The translations under genes were made by a program, and so were the position numbers. The notes beneath the pieces are model-generated. The model ran no database searches. It was not told where the DNA came from and saw nothing but the letters and a program-made list of their open reading frames with translations. 64,000 bases of DNA. Source: Candidatus Poribacteria bacterium. Lineage in GTDB: Bacteria; Poribacteria; WGA-4E; WGA-3G. The stretch covers positions 3,197,610 to 3,261,609 of the forward strand of contig OZ219753.1 of the NCBI GenBank assembly GCA_964291315.2, given 5' to 3'. Shown in pieces: positions 1 through 11,091 of this stretch; within the stretch, counting starts at the first letter, position 1, and each line of letters starts with the position of its first letter.

Positions 1-25
1 TGTGCGCGCGGAGGTGTGAGCCAAA

Positions 26-1519
26 ATGCTCAAAGTACTCATCGTTAGAGAACTGCTTGACAACCTCATGACCTTCCGTTTTGCCGCGGTCTTGCTGATT
101 ACACTCCTGCTCGTTGTTGCAAATACCGTTGTGCTTGTTCAAGATTACGAACTCCGTTTAGCGAGTTACAACGATGCTGTCAAAATCCACAACGTGGAAC
201 TACGGAAGGCAAAGACCTATTCTAAGATGTACCTGACTGTTGACCGGCCCCCCAATCCGTTGAGTATTTTTAATGTCGGATTGGATAAACGTTTAGGTAA
301 TTCTAGCGGCATCTGGCATGGATTCGTTCCGACGCTCTGGGACGCTCAGAAGCACGGCACCGATAACCCGTTTATCGCCTTCTTTTCTTCCATGGATATT
401 GTCTTTGTCTTTAAGGTGATTTTGAGTCTTATAGGGTTGATATTCGCTTACGACGCGATTACAAGGGAGCGGGAGCGTGGCACCCTACGACTTGTTCTTG
501 CACAGCCCGTCGGACGCGGACAGATCCTGCTTGCAAAATATATGAGTGCGATGGTATGCCTGTTAGTTCCGTTAATATTAAGCCTTCTTTTTGCCCTACT
601 GTTGATAACCCGTTTGATTCCGTTATCAACTGCGGATTTCCTCCGCGTCGCTGGAATTGTGTTTACGTCGTTTGCCTATCTGTCCTTGTTCTATCTCATT
701 GGATTGTTGATATCCGCGATGACCCAAAGAACCGGTACTGCGGTGATGATCGCAATGTTCGTATGGGGCTTTCTGATACTTGTGTACCCAAATCTGATTC
801 GGGCAACAGTTAACCCAGGAGGCGATATTCGCGAGCGCACAAAGTCCGCAGAAAATCAAATTCGACAGATTGTAGATGAATATGAGAGAGCACGGCAAGA
901 ATTTCTTGAAAAGGAGGGTGTCGCCGGCGAAACATCTGAGTTTAACAAGGCTTTGGGGCTTTACACGGATGCACACGTGGATCCAGTCACCCTCTCGCCT
1001 TATTTGGAAAATATGAGCGAGATTTCAGAAATTCCCCCGAAGTTTGAGAAGTACGTTTCAGTCGCTAAGCGATATTATGCATTTGTGGAACCGCTGGCTG
1101 CCGATGCCGCAGAAAAGGCATGGTTCATACAGAGGCAGGCACTTGATGCCACTTTTGTTCGACAAGCCGAAACGGATAGAGCACTGTTGAAGCTTTCACC
1201 GGTGGGTATCTATGAGGCCGCAACACAAGCATGGGCAGGTACTGACTTATCGGGGCTTAGAGATTTTTTTCGGGCAGCACGCCGCTACCGAAGGATCCTA
1301 ATTGATTATTTTTACGCAAAGAACGCATTTTCATCACGGGAGTGGTTTGTTGCCGATAGAGGCGTGGTCGATTGGAGCACACTCCCCACATTTACTTACC
1401 AGAGAAACAATATAGGGGTGAATGCCAAACGAGCATTGCCCAACCTACTTCTATTGTTGATAGCTAACCTCACACTATTTATGGGGATAGTTCTCGTTTT
1501 CATCAAAAGCGAGGTATAG
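26..1519 (+). CDS. ABC-2 type transporter permease subunit
   Basis: Multi-TM protein with 'AYDAITRERERGTLRLVLAQPVGRGQILLAKY' ABC-2 permease motif; GGAGG RBS at 9-14. Confidence 0.85.
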   Translation: MLKVLIVRELLDNLMTFRFAAVLLITLLLVVANTVVLVQDYELRLASYNDAVKIHNVELRKAKTYSKMYLTVDRPPNPLSIFNVGLDKRLGNSSGIWHGFVPTLWDAQKHGTDNPFIAFFSSMDIVFVFKVILSLIGLIFAYDAITRERERGTLRLVLAQPVGRGQILLAKYMSAMVCLLVPLILSLLFALLLITRLIPLSTADFLRVAGIVFTSFAYLSLFYLIGLLISAMTQRTGTAVMIAMFVWGFLILVYPNLIRATVNPGGDIRERTKSAENQIRQIVDEYERARQEFLEKEGVAGETSEFNKALGLYTDAHVDPVTLSPYLENMSEISEIPPKFEKYVSVAKRYYAFVEPLAADAAEKAWFIQRQALDATFVRQAETDRALLKLSPVGIYEAATQAWAGTDLSGLRDFFRAARRYRRILIDYFYAKNAFSSREWFVADRGVVDWSTLPTFTYQRNNIGVNAKRALPNLLLLLIANLTLFMGIVLVFIKSEV

Positions 1520-1687
1520 AATAACGGGCAGCAGGGAGCTATCAGCTCGTAGCTTGCTTGAACTGCATCTCATTAGAGTGCCTGCCGAAAAAACGCAATG
1601 TCCGTTTGGGCCTGACCTCTCCAAGAACGAGTGACATTCAACATATTTTTGCGGATTGAAAACTGACAACGGACAACTATTTAACCG

Positions 1688-3088
1688 ATGTGGCATATCA
1701 CAAAGCGTGAACTCTACGACACCGTCAATAGCCTGCGTTTCGCGTTGGGAACGGTGCTCCTCCTAGTGTTGATGTTAACCAATGCTGTTCTGCATCTGCG
1801 TGAACATCCGGCGCGTCTACAAGCGTATCATAACGCAGCTGCAGAATCTATAAAGACGTTAGAATCGCGCAGTACCAGTTTATATCGTCTTGCAACAGAA
1901 GGCCCTGGAGACCTCCATAAAGCCCCCTCATCCCTCCATTTCTGTGCTGAAGGCGACGAGGTACTTTTACCTAGACATGCCAGTGGCATAAACTACTTTC
2001 GCTATGTCGCCAACGCTAGGCCCGTCTGGCGGATGGTGTATCCACAAGAGACACCTGATCTACGGAATATCCGTCCTGAGTTTACTACACTCGATTGGGC
2101 GTTTATTATCGGCTACGTACTGAGCTTTATCGCCATCCTGTTCACTTTTGACGCAATTTCTGGTGAATTGGATCGCGGCACCTTGCGACTGACTTTAGCA
2201 AACGCTATTCCGCGGCATACGGTGCTGATCGGAAAGTTCTGCGGAGCATTTATCAGCATTAACATACCCTTCACTATTGCGGTGCTGATGAATCTACTTC
2301 TCATCTCTACCTCGAACGCCATACACCTTAACGTCGAGGCATGGAGCCGTTTAGGTATCTTGTACGCTATCGCTATCCTCTATGTCTGCCTGTTTATTGC
2401 TTTAGGACTCTTCATATCTGCTGTAGTTCGAGAAAGTGGGGTGAGTCTTGTCGTTCTCCTTTTAATCTGGGTGAGCTTTGTGATTTTTATGCCGAATACA
2501 TTGGCATCAATTGGAAGTCAAACGTCAGTGCCGACGGCGTATATGAAATTTTGGAATCAACGCATTCAAATTACCGATGAAGTGCGCGCAGCCTATCGAG
2601 ATAAATACGGAGATTCCGAGACAACACCGCCGCTGCATGTAGTCGGTGAGTATGTCAATTCAGAGGCGGAACAGTACGAGCATTTCAATGAGCAGTATTT
2701 GAAGCAACAAATTGCACAGGGAAAACGGGCGCGGGCGATAACCCGTATATCACCAACAGCAATGGTTCAACGCCTATTTGAATCTTTTGCTGGGACCGGG
2801 TTTGAACGGCATCTACAGTTTATTGAGAATGTGCAGCGTTATGCACGGAAATACCGCGAATTCGTCATTGATACCGATAGGGCGGATCCTGAAAGCCTTC
2901 ACGTTGTTGGAGTTCAAGAAGGCATGTCACAAAAAAGTGTCAGCCCAGAGGCGATCCCAAAATTTAAAGACGCACTCAGCCTCAACAAAGACTTCGATGC
3001 AGCCGCAATGGACTTGCTGCTATTGGTTCTGTTTCTGGCGGTGCTTGTGTCGATTGCGTACCTCGCCTTTGTGAGTCTTGAGATTTAA
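1688..3088 (+). CDS. ABC-2 type transporter permease subunit (paralogue of upstream gene)
   Basis: 'FDAISGELDRGTLRLTLANAIPRHTVLIGKF' motif; same TM layout as the upstream gene. Confidence 0.85.
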   Translation: MWHITKRELYDTVNSLRFALGTVLLLVLMLTNAVLHLREHPARLQAYHNAAAESIKTLESRSTSLYRLATEGPGDLHKAPSSLHFCAEGDEVLLPRHASGINYFRYVANARPVWRMVYPQETPDLRNIRPEFTTLDWAFIIGYVLSFIAILFTFDAISGELDRGTLRLTLANAIPRHTVLIGKFCGAFISINIPFTIAVLMNLLLISTSNAIHLNVEAWSRLGILYAIAILYVCLFIALGLFISAVVRESGVSLVVLLLIWVSFVIFMPNTLASIGSQTSVPTAYMKFWNQRIQITDEVRAAYRDKYGDSETTPPLHVVGEYVNSEAEQYEHFNEQYLKQQIAQGKRARAITRISPTAMVQRLFESFAGTGFERHLQFIENVQRYARKYREFVIDTDRADPESLHVVGVQEGMSQKSVSPEAIPKFKDALSLNKDFDAAAMDLLLLVLFLAVLVSIAYLAFVSLEI

Positions 3089-3139
3089 CTTTACGATCCA
3101 TCCATTTGCAGTCGGGAAGATATTTATATTAAATCCGGT

Positions 3140-4042
3140 CTATGGCACCAATTCGCCTCGACTTGCAGTCAATTCAGCGTAAAGCCGCTGCAGTTGGGTT
3201 GTCACTGGGCTAATGCCTCCGTTTCCAATTTTCCTGCCGTCAACCTCTAAGACTGGACTCAGCTCACCGACAGTCCCAGTGGTAAAGACTTCGTCTGCAG
3301 TATAAACTTCAGTCAATGACAAGTTCCGTTCTGTGAGTGGGATACCAGCGTCATGAGCAATTTGGATGACCGTTCCACGTGTAATTCCTGGTAGGCAGCT
3401 ATCGGCGTGTGGGGTTAGTACCCGTCCGCGTTTTATAACAAAGATATTCGTCGCGTTTGTCTCTGAAACGTACCCGTGGATGTCGAGCATAATTGCATCG
3501 TCCATGCCAGCAACGTTCGCCTCAATCTTAGCGAGGATGTTGTTAATCAGGTTATTGTGGTGGATTTTAGAATCGACACACTGTGGCGGATTCCTTCGGA
3601 TCGCTGAAGTGATTAAACGGACACCATCGCTAGCATAGATAGGCGGCTTCCACTCCGCAATTACAATTAAAGTCGTGCCGTACTGGTTGACGCGTGGGTC
3701 CATACTGGATGTGATCTTTTTTCCGCGGCCGAGCGTTAGACGGATATGAACGTTGTCTCGCATGCCGTTGGCTGCGAGCGTTTCGAAAATCGCTTTTTTA
3801 ACTTCGGCGCGCGTCGGAACGCCTGCAAATGCCATAGCATGCGCGGAATCCATGAGTCGATCGAGGTGTGCATCCAAAGCGAAGATTTTCCCGTTATAGA
3901 CACGCAACCCCTCCCATACACCATCACCACCTTGAACAAGGCTGTCGAACACAGAAATTTTCGCATCTTCGCGCCGGAGCAATTCGCCGTTGACGTGGAT
4001 TAATATATTTTCGTTTCTTGCATCAGGTAATTTAGGTTCCAT
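3140..4042 (-). CDS. Class IV PLP aminotransferase (branched-chain amino acid aminotransferase-like)
   Basis: GDGVWEGLRVY, SETNATNIF, LPGITR, ADEVFTTGT motifs; GGAG RBS. Confidence 0.9.
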   Translation of the reverse strand: MEPKLPDARNENILIHVNGELLRREDAKISVFDSLVQGGDGVWEGLRVYNGKIFALDAHLDRLMDSAHAMAFAGVPTRAEVKKAIFETLAANGMRDNVHIRLTLGRGKKITSSMDPRVNQYGTTLIVIAEWKPPIYASDGVRLITSAIRRNPPQCVDSKIHHNNLINNILAKIEANVAGMDDAIMLDIHGYVSETNATNIFVIKRGRVLTPHADSCLPGITRGTVIQIAHDAGIPLTERNLSLTEVYTADEVFTTGTVGELSPVLEVDGRKIGNGGISPVTTQLQRLYAELTASRGELVP

Positions 4043-4183
4043 ATATCCTCCATTTAATAATTATTAGCTGTGAAAGAGCAACAATCAGAGCCCCATAGCA
4101 AACTGCTTTGTTCAGTGTCTTCAAAAGCGGATACATTGTTACAAAACCTGTCTTGAGCGATACCTAACCGTTGATAGTCAGCA

Positions 4184-4963
4184 TTACCACGTATCCCGCA
4201 CACTTACACCCGCGCCGGCGAGGTAGGTTTTAATGTTTTCGATCGTGAATTCTCCGTAGTGTGTAATAGAAGCTACGATTGCAGCATCTGCATTGCTTTC
4301 GATGAAGACATCTCGCAAGTGCTGTGGGTTTCCTGCACCGCCAGAAGCGATAACAGGCACTGAGACCAAATCTGCAATAGCCCGCGTTAACTCAAGTTCA
4401 TATCCTGCTTTTGTGCCGTCCGCATCAATGCTATTAACAACAATCTCGCCCGCTCCTAGATCAACGCTGCGTGCCGACCATTCTAGGGCGTCCCAACCGA
4501 TCGGGGTCCTGCCACCGTCTATGTAAATTTCATAACCGTTTGGAATCTGTTCGCTTTTCGGAACTCGTTTCACTTGCATACTTAGCACAATGCACTGACT
4601 CCCGAACGCCCGTGCGCCTTCGGCAATAATATTAGGGTTTCGCACGGCCCCGGAGTCTATACTCACCTTCTCCGCACCGGCGAGCAGAACGCGGTGCATA
4701 TCCTCAAGGGTTCGCAACCCGCCACCGACTGAAAAGGGAATGAAGATCTCAGCAGCGACAGCAGAGACAACATCAATCATTATATCGCGTTCCTCGTTGC
4801 TGGCTGTAATGTCGTAAAACACAAGTTCATCGGCACCGCCTTCGTAATAGAAACGCGCCATCTCAACAGGGTCGCCGACATCCACATTGCCCTGGAATGC
4901 AATACCTTTTGTGACCTTTCCGGCGCGCACATCTAAACATGGAATTATCCGTTTTGTTAGCAA
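4184..4963 (-). CDS. hisF: Imidazole glycerol phosphate synthase cyclase subunit
   Basis: [42 protein letters not shown]. Confidence 0.97.
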   Translation of the reverse strand: MLTKRIIPCLDVRAGKVTKGIAFQGNVDVGDPVEMARFYYEGGADELVFYDITASNEERDIMIDVVSAVAAEIFIPFSVGGGLRTLEDMHRVLLAGAEKVSIDSGAVRNPNIIAEGARAFGSQCIVLSMQVKRVPKSEQIPNGYEIYIDGGRTPIGWDALEWSARSVDLGAGEIVVNSIDADGTKAGYELELTRAIADLVSVPVIASGGAGNPQHLRDVFIESNADAAIVASITHYGEFTIENIKTYLAGAGVSVRDTW

Positions 4964-4986
4964 AGTTTTCTCCTGTAAGAAGTTGA

Positions 4987-6633
4987 TTAATTTGTGAACC
5001 GTTGCTTCTTGAATATACTCAAAATGTCGTCAAATTCTGCAACTCTTAGGAGCTTATACATTCCGGTGAGCGTGAGGACGCTCAATCCGATTGGGACAAA
5101 CACACCGGCCAAGCGCTGCACTGTACCCTCTGTGCCGAGCCAATCGCCTTCGATCACTCCATTTGTTAACCAGCAGACAACGCCCATGACAGCTGAAGCG
5201 ATTAAGACTTTAAATGTTAACGGGATGACTGCCCTGAGTCCCAAGCGGCCGACCTTACGCCGAAGCAATAACAGTAGCATAGCACAGTTCAACGTCACAG
5301 TCAAAACTGTTGAAAACACTACAGCTCGAGGGTCTAAAAAGAGTTCTCGGTAGATAAAGAGATAGTTGAGACAGATGTTGAGTATAACAGCACAAATGCT
5401 GAGGATGACAGGTGCACGAATGTCTTTATGAGCGTAAAAACCATCCGTAACGATCTTGAGAGCCGAAAATCCACACAAACCGAAGGCGTAAACGAACAGC
5501 ACCCCGGCGGTTCCGGCAGTGTCTAATGCATCAGTCTCTCCTCGTTCATACAGAAATCGGCAGATAGGTATCGACATGACCATCAACCCAACCGCTGCAG
5601 GTACTGTCAAGGTAAGCATGAGGCGCAGGGCGTAAGAGAGGGTGTTGCGGAAATTCTCTGTCTCTCCGATCGATGTGAACCTCGCAAGTTGAGGGAGAGC
5701 CACTGTTGAAATGGCTACACCGAAGATCCCGATCGGAAGATGCAGGATGCGGTACGCACGGCTAATCCACGTCAACCAAGCAGAACCTGATGTAATAAAG
5801 AACGTGTTCGTAAATTGATTTACCTGCACGACTGCAACCCCTAGCACTGCAGGCCCAACCAGGCGCATAACCTGAAGTACCCTCGGATCCCGTAGGCTTA
5901 GCAGCGGGCGATATCGAAACCCGACGCGATACATAGACGGCACCTGAATTGCGAATTGTGCGATCCCGCCAACACATACACCGATAGCCATTCCAGTTAC
6001 AGGATGTGTTCCGGCTAAAGGGAACAAATAGTAACCACTGATCCCAATAAAAAGGGAACTGACATTAAAAAACGAGGAAGCGCACGCCGGAATGCCGAAC
6101 CGACCTTTGCTGTTCAATAGGCCCATCGCAATCGCCGCGAGCGAAACAAAGATCAAGTACGGAAACATCAACTCGGTGAGATAGACGGTTAATTCAACTT
6201 TAGTGTCAAACCCGTAATGTTCGGTGACATCGAATTTCTCATCAAAATCCGTACGGGCTAATACGTCAACGATAGTAGGAGCGAAAACGATACCGAGGAG
6301 CGTGATACCCATTAAGATGAGAAACGTTAGGTTGAATATCCGGTTTGCGAGATTCCACGCTGCTGTTTCCCCATCTTCGGCTTCTGTGGCGAGGAAGGTC
6401 GTAATGAATGCTTTACTCAAGATACCTTCGCCAAACAGATCGCGGAGAAAATTCGGGATGCGAAACGCCAGATAAAAAGCGTCGCCACTAAGATTCGATC
6501 GAAAATAATAGGCGATCGCTGCTTCGCGCGCGAGCCCCAATATCCGCGATCCCATCACAGCAATGCTGACAATTCCAGCCGACCGGGTGACACCTTGATT
6601 ATTTTTTTTTGCAGGTTTTGTTGCTTTTTTCAT
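4987..6633 (-). CDS. murJ: Lipid II flippase MurJ (MviN)
   Basis: [40 protein letters not shown]; start set at ATG 6633. Confidence 0.95.
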   Translation of the reverse strand: MKKATKPAKKNNQGVTRSAGIVSIAVMGSRILGLAREAAIAYYFRSNLSGDAFYLAFRIPNFLRDLFGEGILSKAFITTFLATEAEDGETAAWNLANRIFNLTFLILMGITLLGIVFAPTIVDVLARTDFDEKFDVTEHYGFDTKVELTVYLTELMFPYLIFVSLAAIAMGLLNSKGRFGIPACASSFFNVSSLFIGISGYYLFPLAGTHPVTGMAIGVCVGGIAQFAIQVPSMYRVGFRYRPLLSLRDPRVLQVMRLVGPAVLGVAVVQVNQFTNTFFITSGSAWLTWISRAYRILHLPIGIFGVAISTVALPQLARFTSIGETENFRNTLSYALRLMLTLTVPAAVGLMVMSIPICRFLYERGETDALDTAGTAGVLFVYAFGLCGFSALKIVTDGFYAHKDIRAPVILSICAVILNICLNYLFIYRELFLDPRAVVFSTVLTVTLNCAMLLLLLRRKVGRLGLRAVIPLTFKVLIASAVMGVVCWLTNGVIEGDWLGTEGTVQRLAGVFVPIGLSVLTLTGMYKLLRVAEFDDILSIFKKQRFTN

Positions 6634-6682
6634 TTGGAGAAGATTGCCCCGAAGAACTTCAAGCAAGATATTCGGAGCCCGT

Positions 6683-6733
6683 CTGTAGGCAGGGTTTAGT
6701 AGCGTGTAGTCGTTTGGAGCTGCCGCCTACAGA
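6683..6733. repeat. GTAG-type REP-like palindromic element
   Basis: tctgtaggc...gcctacaga inverted ends in the murJ/DUF2203 intergenic region. Confidence 0.5.
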
Positions 6734-6751
6734 TTAGAATGTAACTTCTTG

Positions 6752-6780
6752 TTGACAGGGCTGCTAATTTAGTGTAAATT
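6752..6780 (+). promoter_or_regulatory. sigma70-type promoter
   Basis: TTGACA-17 bp-TAAATT upstream of the 6828 ORF. Confidence 0.55.
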
Positions 6781-6827
6781 TTAGGAAGTTGCCATTACAA
6801 ATTCTATCGACGTAAGGAGCCCCGAAG

Positions 6828-7208
6828 ATGCAGCATAAGCGATATTTCACGCTTGAAGAAGCCAACCGATGTATCCCTGAATTAATTGAGGAGATCTCAC
6901 TCTTAAGAACGATAAGAGACGAACTCGCAATGTATCACGCCAAGGTTACCCCGCTCTTAGAGGTCGTTTCCACTAACGGTGGGAGTCAGTGGACCCCCGT
7001 TCTACTTAAAGCAACAGCGAATTTTCAGGATGCCCTTGCAAGGATCGAAGACCGTGGATGTCATCTGAAAGGAATTGACCCGGGTTTAGTTGACTTCCCA
7101 CACCTACGCGAGGGCAAAGAGGTCTATCTCTGTTGGCAGGTTGGTGAAACCAAAATCCGCTACTGGCACGACATCGAGGACGGGTTTGATGGACGACAAC
7201 CGCTGTAA
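6828..7208 (+). CDS. DUF2203 family protein
   Basis: RYFTLEEAN...KGIDPGLVDFP...EVYLCWQVGE..I.YWH...GFDGRQPL; AAGGAG RBS. Confidence 0.9.
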   Translation: MQHKRYFTLEEANRCIPELIEEISLLRTIRDELAMYHAKVTPLLEVVSTNGGSQWTPVLLKATANFQDALARIEDRGCHLKGIDPGLVDFPHLREGKEVYLCWQVGETKIRYWHDIEDGFDGRQPL

Positions 7209-7214
7209 TAGGTA

Positions 7215-7256
7215 ATTCCCGATTAGCGATTTGCTATTCCCGATTAGCGATTTGCT
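7215..7256. repeat. Perfect 21-bp tandem duplication
   Basis: attcccgattagcgatttgct x2 (7215-7235, 7236-7256). Confidence 0.95.
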
Positions 7257-7362
7257 GTTACCCTTCAGCAGCATTTAATTCGTGTGGCAGTTGCTAACGT
7301 TTGACACGCCACAAACCGCTTTTGACTGACAGCAGAGTGCGGCACGCCCCGATTGCTTGTCG

Positions 7363-8154
7363 CTAATCACAAATTGCTTTAAAAAAATGATGCGTAGGGC
7401 CGTGGCCGTGTCCGATATCCAAGGCGTGTTGAATAGCCCCGGTAATATATACCTTGGCGATCCTGATAGCGTCCACTAAATTTTTGCCGTGTGCAAGTTG
7501 GGTCGCAATCGCCGCTGAATAGGTACAACCTGTGCCGTGTGTGTGGTTCGTCTCGATCCATTCCGCCTGAAAAAACGTCCATTCTCCATCACAATAAAGT
7601 ATGTCGGTAGCCCTATTGCCGGTAAGATGGCCGCCTTTAACCAGCACCGCGTGACAACCGAGTTCGGCAATTGTTTTCGCAGCGCTTTTCGCCGCATCGG
7701 TATCCCGGATGTTCTGTTCCGAGAGCAATTCTGCCTCGTAAATATTAGGCGTAATCACCGTTGCAAGTGGAATCAACACAGTTTTGAGGCTATTAATTGC
7801 TTCCTCTTTTAAGAGTGGGAATTTGCTTTTGGATATCATTACGGGGTCGACGACGAGAGCCGGTGGCGCATATTGCTTCAATTTTCGCGTAACCGTCTCG
7901 ACGATAGCTGACGAAGAGAGCATCCCCGTTTTAACACTGGCTACGTCGAAATCCGTAAAGACAGCATCTAACTGTGCCTCAATTAGCGAAATGGGGAGAT
8001 CAAACGCCTCGGTCACTGCGACCGTATTCTGCGCTGTCACGGAAGTAATCGCCGACATCGCGTAACCGCTATTTGCCGAGATCGCCTTTATATCCGCCTG
8101 TATACCGGCACCGCCCCCTGAATCTGAGCCTGCAATCGTTAAAATCTGTTTCAT
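7363..8154 (-). CDS. thiD: Hydroxymethylpyrimidine/phosphomethylpyrimidine kinase
   Basis: LTIAGSDSGGGAGIQADIK, THGTGCTYSAAI. Confidence 0.97.
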   Translation of the reverse strand: MKQILTIAGSDSGGGAGIQADIKAISANSGYAMSAITSVTAQNTVAVTEAFDLPISLIEAQLDAVFTDFDVASVKTGMLSSSAIVETVTRKLKQYAPPALVVDPVMISKSKFPLLKEEAINSLKTVLIPLATVITPNIYEAELLSEQNIRDTDAAKSAAKTIAELGCHAVLVKGGHLTGNRATDILYCDGEWTFFQAEWIETNHTHGTGCTYSAAIATQLAHGKNLVDAIRIAKVYITGAIQHALDIGHGHGPTHHFFKAICD

Positions 8155-8211
8155 ATTTTTGCAATATTAAATCTAGTCACTGTTCCGCATCCAGCAGGAA
8201 TTGTTAAACAA

Positions 8212-8826
8212 TTAGAGAGTGCCAAGATAGTGTTTCGCCTGTTTCCCGGAGTTTTTAGGAGCCATAACGCCTGACATCACAGCAACTCCAAAGGCACCAG
8301 CTGCTAAGCACTCAGCAACTCTTGCTGGAGTAATGCCACCTAATGCGAATACCGGCAATTTAAAGCGTGATGTTATCTCTCTGAGGCTTCCTAAACCGAC
8401 TGCGGGGCCGTACCCCGGTTTGCTTACAGTCGGATAGATAGGACTATAGGTCAGAAAATCGGCACCTTCTGCCTCTCGTTTTTCTGCTGCCTCAATGGAG
8501 TGCACCGAGCACCCGACATAGAAGTGCTTATCTATCCGAGCCTTTACTACCCTAGCAGATTTCGCACTCGCCGGAAGATGAACACCTGCTGCCCCAGCGT
8601 TGCATGCAACACGTATATTTGTATTGACAAAAAGTTTTGCCTTATAATTCCGACACAATTCAGCAATCGCTTGTGCCAAATCCATTAATTCCTCATCTAT
8701 CATCTCTTTTTCCCGCAATTGGATAGCGGTAACGCCCACGTCCAACAACTCGGAGATCACATCAGTGAGTGGGGTAGGTGTACATCTATTACTATCTGTA
8801 ATAGCATACAGCTTAAAATTAACCAT
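8212..8826 (-). CDS. thiE: Thiamine phosphate synthase (ThiE/TenI family)
   Basis: LYAITD, IQLREK, GVHL, PVFALGGI; adjacent to thiD. Confidence 0.85.
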   Translation of the reverse strand: MVNFKLYAITDSNRCTPTPLTDVISELLDVGVTAIQLREKEMIDEELMDLAQAIAELCRNYKAKLFVNTNIRVACNAGAAGVHLPASAKSARVVKARIDKHFYVGCSVHSIEAAEKREAEGADFLTYSPIYPTVSKPGYGPAVGLGSLREITSRFKLPVFALGGITPARVAECLAAGAFGVAVMSGVMAPKNSGKQAKHYLGTL

Positions 8827-8999
8827 TCTTTTCTAACGATTCTGTCTGTTGTTGATACCGATCATGATTTATTAAATGACCCGATTTAGCAAAATGAGGT
8901 CTCCGTCCATTTAATCCGGTGCAATTAAACTCACAAGAATCCGGTTGAGACGCTTGAGAACCTATAAGGGCAACAAACCGAGCAGGGCAGGAACAGTCC

Positions 9000-10448
9000 T
9001 TAAGAAACACGGCGGAGGCGTGCGGCGAACGTTCCGTCAACGCGGTGTTCGTGTGGCAAGGTCTGGACAAAGCCTTCTGTTGTTAAGGCGCTCGACGGAA
9101 TATCTGGTAAAAAGCGTCTAGCATCTTCTACGATATACGTCGGAAAATTCGCCAAAAACCGTTGAACAACCGCCTCGTTTTCTATTGATTCAATGCTACA
9201 AGTGCTGTAAACAAGGATGCCTCCTGGTTTGATGTGTTGGCCGGCGTTTTCCAATAAGTTATACTGAAGTTGGCTGAGGGCTCGAGTCTGTTCAAATGTT
9301 TTGTTCCACTTGATATCGGGATGCCGTCGGAGCGTTCCGAATCCCGAACAAGGTGCATCGATAAGCACAGCATCCGCGGTTTTAATAAATCCAATATCTG
9401 CTTTCGTTGCGTCCATTATCCGTGTTTCGACGTTGTTGGCACCAACCCGTCGACAGTTCTTTTGCAATAAGGCTATTTTTTCCATGGATACATCCACGGC
9501 AACAAGTTTTCCGCTATTTTCCATGAGATGCGCGAGATGCGTCGTCTTGCCGCCCGGCGCGGCGCAGAGGTCTACGATAAACTGCGTCTCTTTTGGTGCA
9601 AGGAGATAGGAGACTAACATAGCACTTTCATCTTGAATGTAGATATCTTCTCGCCTTAAGACATCTTTTAATGTGTGATCGTTTGTAGTGTCAGAAGCAG
9701 TGGCGACGGCCGGGTTTTCCAGTACTAAGCCGTCGGGGGCGATTTTGGAGAGACGGGCGGTAATACCGCCTGCCCTTAGTGATTGAAGAACTTCTTCGCG
9801 CTGTGTTAGAGGCGAATTTACGCGAACGGCGAGCGGTGCGATTTGGTTGCTTGCGCGACAGAATGCTAAAGTCCATGTAACGCCGCGGGTCTGAAGCCAC
9901 CGCTTTACCAACCAGGTCGGGTAGGACAACGAAATAGCAATATGTTCAACCGGGTTTGCATAGAGTGGCGGGTAGGCCAATGTTCTACCTTTGCGTTGCA
10001 CGGATCGGAGGATAGCATTGATAAACCCAGCAGTTTTCTGCCCACGCGCAGATTTGCGACGGTGAGAATTGGTGAGTTGGACGGTTTCGTAAATCGCTGC
10101 GCGCGCAGGGATCGCGTCGAGATGTAGGAGTTGAAATGCGCCGATCCGCAGGATAGTGCGGTGTCGAGCATCTAACTGAAATCGGGGATTGATAAACTGA
10201 TCCAATACCCAATCCAGTTGCCGCTGCCATCGGATAACACCATAGACGATGCCATTCGCCAGCCGCCGCTCACGTTTACTGATCGCATAACGCCCAAACG
10301 CACTGTCAACAACAGACGCTATGGATGCGCGGGTATGTGTGAGGGTCAACAAGCATTCTAGAGCGACTTTGCGGGCGTTCATATCTCGCGATAACGCGAG
10401 GTGCCGCGAGATATCATCTCGATCCCTCGCGAGCCTCCTTCTTTTCAC
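9000..10448 (-). CDS. rsmB: 16S rRNA m5C967 methyltransferase RsmB/Sun
   Basis: NusB-like N-terminus, DLCAAPGGKT, DAPCSGFG, YSTCS; true start may be ATG 10382. Confidence 0.95.
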   Translation of the reverse strand: MKRRRLARDRDDISRHLALSRDMNARKVALECLLTLTHTRASIASVVDSAFGRYAISKRERRLANGIVYGVIRWQRQLDWVLDQFINPRFQLDARHRTILRIGAFQLLHLDAIPARAAIYETVQLTNSHRRKSARGQKTAGFINAILRSVQRKGRTLAYPPLYANPVEHIAISLSYPTWLVKRWLQTRGVTWTLAFCRASNQIAPLAVRVNSPLTQREEVLQSLRAGGITARLSKIAPDGLVLENPAVATASDTTNDHTLKDVLRREDIYIQDESAMLVSYLLAPKETQFIVDLCAAPGGKTTHLAHLMENSGKLVAVDVSMEKIALLQKNCRRVGANNVETRIMDATKADIGFIKTADAVLIDAPCSGFGTLRRHPDIKWNKTFEQTRALSQLQYNLLENAGQHIKPGGILVYSTCSIESIENEAVVQRFLANFPTYIVEDARRFLPDIPSSALTTEGFVQTLPHEHRVDGTFAARLRRVS

Positions 10449-10475
10449 AGCAAATTATCTAATACAACATTACAA

Positions 10476-10748
10476 TCAAGCCAATTTTGCCTTCAAAGCA
10501 TTCAGTTTGCGGTCGAGTCTGGACTTTTGGCGGTTTCCTGTGCCTTTTTTGATAACGCCTTTACCGGCAGCTCTGTCCAAGAGACTTGCTATGTTCCTAC
10601 ACAATTCTTGTGCTTTTTCAACATCGCCTGCATCCAGTGCCGCTTCGGTCTGTTTGAGCACTGTCCGTAGCGTTGCTTTGCGATGTCGATTGCGTGTGCG
10701 TTTGGCTTTATCTGCCCGCGCGTGTTTCCTTGCAGATTGTCTATTCAA
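10476..10748 (-). CDS. rpsT: 30S ribosomal protein S20
   Basis: Basic 90 aa, SARKHAR...RN...LDRAAGKGVIKK...RQKSRL; AGGAG RBS. Confidence 0.93.
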   Translation of the reverse strand: MNRQSARKHARADKAKRTRNRHRKATLRTVLKQTEAALDAGDVEKAQELCRNIASLLDRAAGKGVIKKGTGNRQKSRLDRKLNALKAKLA

Positions 10749-11091
10749 AATTTATACTCCTTTTGAGAACTTATCCCCCGGTAATTTCATAAACCCCCGA
10801 GGCGTTGAATATCCTTCACAGGATGTGTATATTTAATGATACCACAAAATGTGGGGTTTGTCTACTTTTTTCTCATGAGTTTTCGGCTGTCAGTAATGCA
10901 CGTGATTTCTCCCAGGCTTTCTGTAGGTTGATCTTTCTAAGGCCGGCTTTTGTGGTAGGGACTCGGCGTTTCCTCTTAGAGAGCAGCGAATGGCTGGATT
11001 TCGAATCCGGACCTTTGAAACCGTATTGATTTTTCCCCGAGAAGGCAGTAAAATATTAATAAAACATTGGAAACAAAAAGGAGTTTTTTTC

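Noticed and set aside
8827-8999. TPP riboswitch before thiE-thiD
   Set aside because: Conserved CUGAGA and ACCUG elements not found on the minus strand
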